Assembly (NCBI GenBank): GCA_973895155.1
Contig: OZ316895.1
Span: 11,368,858-11,432,857, forward strand
Source: Marsupella aquatica
Lineage: Eukaryota; Plantae; Marchantiophyta
Length of the DNA stretch: 64,000 nt
Direction of reading: 5' to 3'
The position numbers were made by a program, and so were the translations under genes. How positions within the stretch are numbered: the stretch's first letter is position 1; every line of letters begins with the position of its first letter. Shown here piece after piece: positions 1 through 11,211 of the stretch. The notes under the pieces are model-generated. The model was not told the origin of the DNA. It did not search any database and was given only the letters and a program-made list of their open reading frames with translations.

Positions 1-280
1 AGAAGGATTGCAGTAGATGTGGTGGGAAAATATCCAGGGACACGATCGAAGAGATCTTCTAAAATGTGTTTTCAAAAAACACATCCGCGACCAACGTCGA
101 GAATGCAGTTAATTGTTTTAAGATTAGGGAGAACTTTAGAAATAATATATGAAATCCAATTGATATTGGTCAAGATAGATCTGTTCGTAATTTGCAGCAC
201 TATTAATCCTATCAAATCACTATAATACAGTCTTGATCACAGAAAGCAAGCTTCATCTCTGTAATACATGAGCCACTTAC

Positions 281-511
281 CTTCCCGGGTTGAAAGGGTG
301 GGATGTAGGAATCAGTTGAATCCTTCATACGCCCACGCATGTAAGGGTCACAAGAAAGATACAAAACTTTGAGAAGAACGTCTTTGCTCCCCTCCGTCAA
401 CTCCAACTTCTTGGTTGTTGTGACCACTTCCATGTCTTCTTCTGTTGGCCATCCCACAACATACTTCTTGAAGATTACTTGCTTGTTGCCGACTTCCTTT
501 GCGCTAGGCAT
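281..511 (-). CDS. NADP-dependent alkenal double-bond reductase (MDR/PTGR family), exon 1; gene continues off the left end
   Basis: MPSAKEVGNKQVIFKKYVVGWPTEEDM...VLLKVLYLSCDPYMRGRM...YIPPFQPGK matches the plant 2-alkenal reductase N-terminus; GTAAGT donor immediately after ...PGK at 280. Confidence 0.9.
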
Positions 512-820
512 CTTTCAAAAATTTACCTTGCACAATTGATGATCGCCTTATGCAGATATAATTTCTCTTGTCCTGTCGCCCAAACCGACAACCTGTCAAG
601 TCCAACCAGACATGCAACCTATCGAGAATTGAGGCAAAATTTAGCTCTTCGTAGACATCATCCGGACATGCTCCGAATGGAACACCCAGCGAGTACTGTG
701 TGAAACGCTATTCTTGCCCTTTCCTACCCACAATCCAGCGAATCTCATACACTTGGGTAGCGGAAATTTGGGTGGTGGGTGGGGTTCCATAAAACGACTT
801 ACCAGCAACGATGGGCGGGG

Positions 821-825
<5 letters not shown>

Positions 826-862
<37 letters not shown>
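826..862. repeat. (GA)n microsatellite
   Basis: Uninterrupted run of about 18 GA units. Confidence 0.95.
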
Positions 863-863
<1 letters not shown>

Positions 864-3095
864 AGCGAAATCTCATGGACTCTGTAGCGGAGATTGAGGT
901 GGTGGGTGGGGTTGGATAATGCGACTTATTACCCAGGACCGACGGTCGACGAGGAGAGGAGGCAATTCTGACTGAGAAAAGAAGTGGAGGGGGAAGAAGA
1001 GACAGCGAGAGAGAGATCGTGGAGTTGCGGAGTTTCTCGAGAGAGCGTTTTTCAACGCTCTGCTTATCCTCTGGCCGTCAGATCGGGTCGAGGTGGCGAA
1101 ATCGAGTGCGGGATCTGGTGCGTGAATTATTGGGCGGGGGGGGGGGCGAGGGAGTATTATGGGCCCAGGCAATAATAATAACTAGTACTACCCCGACTAC
1201 CTCTTCTTTGAATGTGAATAGCTAAGAGTAGTATACAAGTATTATGAAAATACATTCTCTATTCATATTCTTTGAAGGTTACTGAAATGATAAAAAAACT
1301 CATCATTTTAATAGTCATATATAATATACCATTCTCCTTTCTGTGCACATTAGTCTTTTTGTATGCACATCCATCTTCTATGCACTATGTTGTGGTGGGA
1401 CCATAGTGCCATATTTTTAGAATGTAAATACTTGAAAATCATCACAAAATTTTTGCATGTATCGGTTGACATACATCATAGTCATGTCAACAATTTTTCC
1501 CATGCACATGATGGCCACGGGGATGGCCATAGAGTTGCGGTCTAGAGGCTTCATGCTAGACCTAGGCTCTTAAAAGTAGACCTCAGTTGGCTTTTTTATA
1601 GTAAGATGTGGGTCCAGCTCAATTCTTTTGGGTGGATGAGATTGCCAAAGTGCATTCAATAGAGTGTTGTCAAAGTGCATTCAAAGGAGTGTTCTATGTA
1701 GGAGGAGTGTTCTATGTAGGCTAGATCAGATTGCCAAAGTGCATTGAAAGGAGTGTTATAAGTTTGTATTTTTAAATTCATGTGGATAAAATTTAATTTT
1801 GTAGAATTGACATCTAAAGCTCATCTACAATAATAAGAGGATGTGACAAGAATAATGAACCACTAGTTGGAAATATCTATGATATTATCTTGGGCAACTT
1901 AGTTTGAAGATTCAATTTGTTAATATATGCTAATAAAACAAAATTCTCATCATTGTCCTAATGATCATGGCAAGTGGAAATAAAGACAAAAACCATAAGT
2001 GTAGAATCATCATAGATGATCATAGGTGATCATAGGTGTTGGAGAGAGAGGTCATATAGACCAACTTTCATGGGAGTATGAGCACTTAGTTTCGTGCATG
2101 ATTTGGATTATGTAATCAATTGTATTTTATGATGTTATTTTGTCTTATTATTGAACGTAGCTTTCTCCATTATGTAGAGATTATAACTCTAATAAACTGA
2201 ACAAAATAGGTTGGATAGGAGATTTAGTGATGTTGTGTTCAATGTTTAGGGACTACTTTGTTGTGCTTGTGCAGGTTGATTGGAGTATGAACTCATGACT
2301 CTTTTGGTGTGCCTAGGGAGATCATAGTGGGAGTTTATAGCATACTTCAAGCTAGGTGGGAGTATGGTTTATAGGAGACATTCAAGTTTGGAGGCTGACA
2401 TCAAGTGGCAGAGTATTTTTTGTATGGCTCTCATCATGTGACCCAGGTAAGTTTGTAGAATTGCATGTTTTGTTTAATAATTACAGTTTGTATGGATTTT
2501 ATTAGTTGTGAAGTGGCCCAATGTCCTTTCAATTCAATGGTTGAGCCCCCGTCTTCACCCTTTCTTGAGATGAACATTTTACTCTTGGTTGCTAGACAAA
2601 CTTGGGAGAATTTACAAACTATTTGACAATCAACAGCAAGCTCAACTCTCCCGCCAACTCTTTGACAACACTTGAAATACAGGTTTGCCTTCTTTTTCTT
2701 CTCTCCTTATGGTCAAGAAGTGTGATTGCTAATATATTTTGTGATAAACCTATATCAAACATTTGTTCAGTTCCAAGATTACCTTAATCTATTGATTTCT
2801 GATCATTATTTCTAGATAAAAGAAATTGAAAAGCCCTAATTTATAACATTCAGATCTAAACTTAGTGCAAGTGTTTGACCTGAAAATTGGAGTTTCATAT
2901 TTTACTTGTAAATACTTTTTCAAATCTTGACAACTGGAAAAATGTAAATATTGATACTCTATCTAAGGAACTTTGCTACAAAGAAAGGCATAAGAAGACT
3001 TTAGATTGAGAGTTATTTCCTTTTGAAATTCATTTTCCAAAAGAAATAGCAAAAGCAAGACAACATTTGATACTCCTCTTAACATAACATGTCTT

Positions 3096-3439
3096 TGTTG
3101 AGCATAGATGACATTCGCAACGGCAAGCCCATGAACCATCCAACGCACAATAGTCGACACAGAGCGATACGTGGTTCACCTCCACATGAGGCTACGTCCA
3201 CGGGAACACACAAGAGCTTTACTGCACTCTAGGCCGACCGGCCATACCAAGCATCCATAGCACAAGCTCTCCCTATCTCTCAACTAGCTCCGTAACAATG
3301 AGCCTAAGTTCCACCAGGGTCTGGCATCAGCCCTGGCTATATGCACAACAGCACTACCGCTAACCTTAGCTAGGTCCTAACCCGAGTTAGCCTAACTGTG
3401 GTTAGCACAAGAGTCACAAGACTAGAGCAATATCTAACA
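3096..3439 (-). repeat. Copia 3' LTR
   Basis: TGTTGAGCATAG...TATCTAACA; adjoins the PPT (AACTCCCCCTT on +, 3440-3450). Confidence 0.95.
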
Positions 3440-3646
3440 AACTCCCCCTTGACTCTTGTCTTGGGGACTGGACTAAATGCTACCATATGGAATCCTCAGC
3501 GGGAAGTTCTAGACAATCACCAAACCAGGTCTCCCCCTAAAAACCACAAGGGTTAACTAAGGGTTAACTAGAACTAAGCCGTAGCCTAACAGGAATGAGT
3601 AATCCATATACAAATAGTCACACATTGCTAAATAACTCTACTTGCA

Positions 3647-5474
3647 CTACAACTGCAAAACCTGCAAAGTAGCACGGTGTCTTGAGAAACTCTCCAAAGG
3701 AATCACTTTGGTAAAGGCATCAGCGGGATTGAGCTTTCCATCAATCTTGACTAGCTCAAAAGTTTTATCAGACACTGCTTGCCTGATAAAATGGTACCTG
3801 ATATCAATGTGCTTCACCCTACTATCCATCACCTGGTTAGCAGCCAAGTGAAGAGCACTCTGACTATCACAGTTTAGAGTCATTTTTCCATGCTCTAAGC
3901 CCATCTCCGCGATCAACTTATCCAACCAAATTGCTTCCTTTGCAGCTTCTGCTGCTGCAACATACTCTGCTTCTGTAGTAGACTGAGATATGCACTTTTG
4001 CAAGGTAGATTTCCAACTGATACATCCTCCTCCAAGAGTGTATAAAAACCCAGTTGTAGATCTCCTTGTATCCAGACAGCCTCCATAGTCAGAATCTACA
4101 TAGCCAACTAACGTTCTATTTGATCTGTTATCAAATAGTAATCCATAGTCCTGTGTTCCCTTCACATACCTGAGAATCCATTTCACAGCTTCCCAATGTA
4201 CCTTCCCTGGATTTGACATGAATCTGCTAACCTTGCCCATCGCTAGGGCCAAGTCAGACCTAGTACAAGTCATCAAATACATCAGACTGCCTACTACCTT
4301 CTCATAAGGAATCTTAGCCATCAGACCTTTCTCCACAGCATTCGTAGGAGAGAAAGCCGATGATAACTTGAAATGTGAAGCTAAAGGAATACTCACCGGC
4401 TTACAGTTCTCCATGTTGAATCGTGCAAGTACTTTCCTCGCATACTGGCCTTGACTCAAGCACAACTGTCCAGTCTCAGAGTTCCTAAAAATCTCCATCC
4501 CTAAGATCCTCTTGGCCTTACCAAGATCCTTCATCCTGAATTTAGCGCTCAATTTTGCCCTGAGACTGTCAACCTTAGATTGATCTTTAGCCACAATTAG
4601 CATGTCATCCACATAGATCACCAGAATGATGAAACCAAATACATCATTCTTGACTGATTTTGTATACACACAAGGATCATACACCATCCTTGTAAAACCT
4701 TGAGCAAACATGAAATCATCAAACCGCTTGTTCCACTGTCTGGGAGACTGCTTCAATCCATACAAGGATTTGAGCAATCTGCAAACTAAGTTCTCTTGGC
4801 CCTTCTTCATAAAGCCTAGTGGCTGTCTCATGAAGATCGTCTCTTCCAAGTTGTCATAGAGAAAATCAGTAACAACATCCATCTAATCCATCACCAGATT
4901 AAAAAACACAACAAGCTGACACAAGATCCGAATTGTGGAATACTTAGCCACCTGTGAAAAGACCTCATTGTAATCCACTCCTTTCTCCTGAGTAAACCCC
5001 TTGGCAACAAGCCTTGCCTTGTAGATCTTATCTCCACCCTCTGAAGGATTGTCCTTCAACTTGTAAATCCACTTGCTGTCCACCACTTGTTGACCTCTTG
5101 GAAGCTCCACCAGCTCCCATGTCTTGTTGTCACTCAAAGATTGCAACTCCCTCTGCATTGCTGCATTCCACTCATGCTTCTGCTCTGAAGCATAAGCCTC
5201 ACTATACGAAGAAGGCTCTCCTTCTTCCAAGATCAAAGCCATATCATCTTCATCAGGTGCAATGTCAATATCATCTAGCTTAGACGAGTCTGCCCATTGA
5301 CCATACCTGGTAGGAGCTCTAGTAGAACGACTGGAAGTTCTTCTAGTAGATGACTCAGGCTGATCTGCTGCTGCTGCTGGCTGAATTTGAGGTACCCTAG
5401 CAACAATCTGCTCCTCTTGTTCCATCAAAGGAACCAGCTCCAAGCTCGGAGCTTCTCCATCTCTCCTGTCATGA
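3647..5474 (-). pseudogene. Copia pol 3' part: RT and RNase H (one in-frame TAG at 4883-4885)
   Basis: KARLVAKGFTQ, LLKSLYGLKQSPRQW, YVDDML, GYVDSDYGG, STTEAEY, KHIDIRYHFIR motifs. Confidence 0.95.
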
Positions 5475-5478
5475 ACTG

Positions 5479-5805
5479 TGTCACACCATTCTAGGTAGTG
5501 TTAGAGTGTATCGTACTATCTAGATCCGTATGTTTGGTATGTGTGCTATATGAGCCGATAAGGTTCCGTTAGGTTTGTGTGAGAGGGTACTTCTCACTTG
5601 TGAGGCATTGAAAGGTCATCTTTCAATGTTGAGCCTTGGAGAGAGAGGAGCTTGAGTGGCTATGGTGGCTGTGAGCTCCGCTTGTGTAACGTGGATTTCT
5701 TGAGTAGTGCAAGGTGCGTTGGCTTGACATACGTGTGTGATCGGATCAGTGCGGGATCGATGGGGTATTGTTGACCAGGATCGTTGTGCCGATTGTATTG
5801 AGATT
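5479..5805 (+). repeat. Terminal repeat A1 (327 bp)
   Basis: Direct repeat of 15945-16271 with 5 mismatches, all C/T or G/A transitions. Confidence 0.95.
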
Positions 5806-5817
5806 ATATTGAAAGAT
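5806..5817 (+). promoter_or_regulatory. Putative self-priming primer-binding site (Tf1-like)
   Basis: ATATTGAAAGAT immediately after A1 pairs over 12 nt (one G:U) with ATCTTTCAATGT at 5618-5629 inside A1; no TGG-tRNA PBS at this position. Confidence 0.65.
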
Positions 5818-6698
5818 CGCTCGAACTCTACTGCTGTACGGACAGAGCTTCGATTGGAGGTTGTGTATTGGCGACGGTTTGTGGTAGTTTGAATCGATCG
5901 TGTTGTGTTGAAGAGGATTCGTGGTAGTTCAAATCTTATTGTTGATATTGTGTTGGAAGATCTATTCTGCCAGGGAGCTATTGTTTAAGCTTTCGATAGT
6001 TCCCGAAGGGCTTTGAGATGTGTTGATCGAAGGGCTGATCGACAACAGAGGGATCTATGCCCGTGTTTGTAGATCTGTTGGACAGGGTCCGGACGGTGTA
6101 GTCGACCTTGCTTCGATCTGTCCCGAGTTGCGATCTGTGACAGTAGCGATCGGATTTGATAAGGCCGGCTATGGCGCTGCTATTTTGATGAAGGAAATGG
6201 AGATCAAACTTTGAATGCTGCGTTTTGCGTCACTACTGTTTCCATTCGATCATGTGTATGTTGCCGTCGCCAAAGCTGCGATTTTGCGTGAAGGGAACCG
6301 GCAGCCACGAAGTCGATGTTTTGTGAGGGAAATTGAGTCTGGATGTTGTGAGATTGAACTACTGTGTTTCCATCGGACTGCTACTGCGATCTGTAATTCC
6401 GTGAAGGGAACCGAGAGGCAGAAGCTGGATGTTGCTGAATCTGATTGTGTGATCTGTGAAGGGAAACCGAACCTGAATGTTGCCGAATCCGAAACTCGAT
6501 CCGGCGTAGCGAAGCGTTGCGGGCGTGAAGGGCTCACTCTTTGGCTCATCTCGGCGATTTGAGGCTTCGAGGCAACTCGTGGTTACTCGGGACGAGGGGC
6601 GTGAGGGCGGAGCGGGCCAGCAAGCTTGCTGGTACGTGAGGAGTAGTTGCAAGTGCTGCCATTTTGGAGTGGCAAATTTGGTGCATAATGACAAGTGA

Positions 6699-6757
6699 GA
6701 GGTCACCCATCCCAAAGCTATTCCTCCTCTCATGCGCTTAACTAGCAAGTTTCTATG
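6699..6757 (-). promoter_or_regulatory. 5S rRNA-derived internal control region (A box/IE/C box) in the retroelement leader
   Basis: Minus strand reads AGTTAAGCG-N22-GGATGGGTGACCTC, the same two blocks and 22-nt spacing as plant 5S rRNA; not a full 5S gene. Confidence 0.7.
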
Positions 6758-7400
6758 TGGTGCATTGTACATGCTTCCTTCCACATTTGATGTCCAAGGA
6801 ATGAGGCCCTAGGGGTTTTATGCACTTTTGAATTCATCTAGATACTCTGTTTTAGCTAGTTTGCGATGGATTCTTGAATATTTGACGCAGGATTCTTGAG
6901 GCCTATTATGAAGGCCCTACATTGAACTATATGCATATTATTTACATGTATTTCTTATTGATTGGTGTGGAGAGTTGTGGTAAATCCTCTTCTTGTTGTT
7001 GGATCCTCTCCACACATGCTTCCTGTTTATGCGCCATGTTAGTTTGGCGTGGGCGCTTGATTCTATAGGAGTGATCCGGGTTTGCAACCGGACATTCTAG
7101 TTGTGCTACGTATTTCTCTCCTGGTGATGTTGGAGTGATGCCCAACACACCATGGTGAGTGCTTGTGTTGTTGACAGGGACAGATTGCCCTTAGGGTTAG
7201 CCTATAGATTAGGTTAGGTTGGTCACCACAGATTCTTCTGGCGCTGCTGGGTTACCCGATGGACGACGGACCAGTTTCACTCGGAGTGGGGTGCAGTTTC
7301 GGCCAGCAACAGTGGTAGCAGTCAGCAACACAGCTTCAGACAGCGATTCTGACGAGGACTCTATGAGCAGTTCTCCTCGTCATCAGGTGATTGCACCTTT

Positions 7401-8903
7401 GTGTGGGATATGGAAGAGATGTACAGGGCTACAAAGGGCCCACGACGATACTCTGGTGCAGTTGGCACGATTGATCTGGATGACTTCATCCAGGAGTTTG
7501 ATACGTGGTGCGATATGCAGACATTGCGTAACGCCACGTTGTTTACCCCTTTCATGGCATGGAAGGGATTATTTCAGCATTTGGAGGGGCCACCCATGGA
7601 TGACTACCATGAGTTTTGGAAGGCTCATTTGGTTGAGATTGAGGCATGGAGGCAGCATTGGTCGCCTAATTACGTGTCCATCACCTATGGCACTAGTGCG
7701 GCTGCCCAACCCATTGCCACAGCTGCTGCTGCTTCTTCTAGCAGCACTAGCCAGAGTGGCACACCATCCACCAGCAGCACTCCAGCAGCATCCACCGCTA
7801 CTTCTGCCGGTGTGATTGTGACAGGAACTGGAGTTGCGCCAGCATTTAACCCTGTGGTGGAATTCTTTGAGGTACTGAAGCAAAACTATCAGGGTGTGAG
7901 AACTGATAAGTTGAAGGGTCTCCAGGAGTTCTAGCGCAAGACTGGAGAGAGTCTACGTGAGGCATACACTCGTATGCGCAGATTGATCACTGTCACCAAG
8001 GAAGTGACAGAGGCTCAGGCAGTCCAATTTTGGTATGCAATTTTGGATAGAGAATTGCGACGCAGAGTGAGAGATGTTACTCTGCTTAGGGATGCAGATC
8101 CCACATTAGCAGTTGTTTTTACCCTTTCTGAGCGTATTGAGCTCAATATGGTGAATGAGAAGGTGGTGACTTCCGGATTTGCCAAGGAAGCACCAAAGGC
8201 TGCATCTACATCTACACCACATCCTACTGCACGGAAGAGCCAGAGGGAGAAGCCTACTGCACGAGAGTCTACCAGCCAGAGACCTGTGCCCTCTTATGCT
8301 GGACAGCAGTCAGGATGTTGGACCTATGGTGGGGATCATGCATAGAGATATTGCCCAGATCATAGAGGATCAGGAGGAGCAACAGCACCTGATCAGCGAC
8401 AGTGTGATCATTGTGGAGCTCCTGGACACACCAAGGATAGGTGTTTCTCACTCCATCCTGAGTTACAGAGAGGAGGATCCCATACACATGATCAAGGAAG
8501 AGGAGGAGGAGGTAGAGGTGGTGGACGTGGTCGTGGCATGCCACATGCAGGGAGACAGGGAGGTGACGCTGCCCCTGCTGTAACCATAGATCCAAAGGAT
8601 GCTAAGATTGCTCAATTGGAGCAACAGCTAGCTGCCATGGCTAGTTCCTAGGTGAGACCTACTTCTGGTGATGGGGCATCTACATCCTATGGACCTTCCA
8701 CATCCCATGGTCCTTCCACATCTTATGGAGCTGATGGAGATCTTGCCACCATGGGATTCATGTGTGGCACTGCACATATTGATGCATCAGCAGCTTTGAC
8801 ACGTGGGACAGCCAAAGCTCTTGAGCCCCGAGGAGCAGTAGTGGAGCTAGATCCATAGAGGGGGGATGCACGTCGGCAGATAAAGCTTCCTCAGTCTTTT
8901 ACA
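7401..8903 (+). pseudogene. Gag of the gypsy-type element (in-frame TAG stops)
   Basis: F*RKTGESLREAYTRMRRL capsid-like motif; zinc knuckles CWTYGGDHA*RYC (degenerate) and CDHCGAPGHTKDRC; RGG-rich stretch; same frame as pol. Confidence 0.85.
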
Positions 8904-9912
8904 TTGTCAGAGATAGTTCAGACTGCCTCTATGAACCCGGTTCGGACAAACCCTGGCGTGGATAAGTTGGCAGAATCAGGTAGTGATGCAGCAGGGATGA
9001 CAGGTACCCTGCTGGGGGCGGCTACTACCATGGTACGCACCCCATTATTTTCAGCGACAGAGATGCTGAACTTGGGAGTTGGTCCTGCAGAAGTGTTCAG
9101 ATTGGCAGCTACACTCTGTGAGGACACTCCACTGGTTGCTTCCCATGCAGAAGCAACTTGCAGTGTTGAAGCAGTGAAGACCATGCCATCTACTACTAGT
9201 GAGACATGGCATGCAACAGCAACGAGGTTGGTGGATTTACCAGCACGCCCTGCATTTGAGAGGACTAGGTTTAAACCTAGTGTTGTGTCATTGGATAATC
9301 GGAATGGTATCTTCCGATTAGTTGGGCCTTCTAGAGCAGTATACCAGCCAGAGAGAGTGTTACTAGATACTGGTGCTCAGCCCTTGATGTTGGGGAAGTC
9401 TGCCATACGTGGATTGGGATTGCGTCCAGAGGATTTGGAGGATTGTCCTTTTCCCATTCAGACTTCATTGGGGGGACCTACACCTACACAGCATATCACC
9501 AGAAGACCACTTGATTTGAGAATTCAGGAAGGTCATACCACAGATAGCTCACAGATACAGGCGCGAGCTATTCTGACTAAGGTAGAGTCATATGATGTGT
9601 TGGTGGGATGTACAGTGCTCTACCCCATGGGATTTATTCTTGATTTTTGGGAGGAATCAATGTCATATAGACCTGATTGGCAGTCAAGAGATGCTCGATT
9701 GAGCAAATTGCCAGTGAGATTTAGTGGACCTATGGGAGGCCCTAAATCCACACCATTGTCTTTGGCAGCATTCAGTGGTGTAATTGCTGGACCAGATGAT
9801 TTGATTGAGGGTAATGCGCATGCAGCCAATGTTCCACCATTGGAGGAGTCTCATGAGGAGCACATCATGCAAGGATTACCTGTTGGCAGTGTTGTGCCAC
9901 CAGTGTGGGGCA
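8904..9912 (+). pseudogene. Aspartic protease region of gypsy-type pol
   Basis: VLLDTGAQPLML (DTG at 9366-9374) and YDVLVG motif. Confidence 0.88.
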
Positions 9913-11192
9913 CCCTGGGCCCTCACTCTTACTATATTAAGTGAACCCCCCTGAGAACAGACACCCCCCGTGTACCCCTTCTTAATATTTTTGTTCACAA
10001 AAAAAAATCCCTTGTTAATGTAAAAACATTATTTTTTCCTATAAAAATTTATCCTTTTGTAAATTATAACAGAGTTTTTCAAGGAATTAAAAAAACCCTT
10101 GAATTTCTAAAAATTGTAAATATCATACTGAAATATAAAAGATTCTATTTTTCATAGGGGAATATTATGTTACGCTGATGTTCACGGTACATATTTTATA
10201 TAGATCATAACAAAACTAGTACTAAAGATTTATAGTTCTTCCTAGAGTATATGACTATAACTCAGGCAACTTGTAGACCTCATAGAGATAAACTGAACTA
10301 GTACAAATGCATTATTATGCTATGCTATATCCTTGGAGGAATAATTGCATATATACTACTTATGTAAACTTCAATTGCTAAATTATTCTATCTTGACTAA
10401 GAATGGTATGACATCAACCATTAACACCAAATGATAAGTAGAGTTTTTGGCAACTTCTTTCATGCAACCTGACACATCAAACCACACATTAATCATATAT
10501 ATTCTAGACACAAAGTACTAATAATACAAAAAATGACTACTGAAAATTGTGGAGAGTAATACCATCAAATCTCCTTTGGCTGAAATTGTTACTTAGACAT
10601 GGTGGGTAATTTTCCTGCCATCTCTGCAATCAAACAACTGTGAGCACCGGGTACCCCCCCCCAACCCAATGATCAAGGGAGTACACCACCCCACACACCT
10701 CATACCTGGCCATTTGATTCAAGGGAATTCAAAAGTAATCTTGTTTGTCTATGTGGGATTGATTCATGGGTCCCCATCAATCCCAGAACCCCAAACGAGT
10801 TGGGCCCCAAAATCCTGGCCCAACATTTACTTAACTCCCAACTTAACACATGCGGGTAAACAAGTCTACCATGCAAACCCATGAAACCAAACTTGCCTTA
10901 AGAGGATAAATAATTAAATGTCTGATTTACTATATGGACATGTGTGCCAATGAAGTGATGACATGTGTGCCAACCATATAGTGACACGTGTCCTTGGCAT
11001 TTTAGGTACCCTTGCATAAGATTAATGTGACATGTATTTGATAAGAGCCTTATTACTAATATTGTGATGAATGTATATACATGGATGTTGCATACTTTAA
11101 AAAATATTATAAAAATTAGTTTGCATTACATTAAAAATACCCTTGCGTTGTTCGCACGTCCTCCCTGCATTAGTAACGCTAAGGGCCCAGGG
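9913..11192. mobile_element. Non-autonomous TIR DNA element inserted in gypsy pol
   Basis: Perfect 11-bp TIR CCCTGGGCCCT/AGGGCCCAGGG (imperfect to 22 bp); 8-bp TSD GTGGGGCA at 9905-9912 and 11193-11200; AT-rich non-coding interior; removal rejoins PR and MTase in frame. Confidence 0.88.
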
Positions 11193-11211
11193 GTGGGGCA
11201 CTGCATAGGCC

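Noticed and set aside
5869-5880. TGGCGACGGTTT as a tRNA PBS
   Set aside because: About 60 nt from the repeat boundary, and I cannot match it convincingly to a tRNA 3' end
6020-6784. ORFs in the gypsy leader and their antisense counterparts
   Set aside because: Mostly non-ATG starts and no recognisable domains
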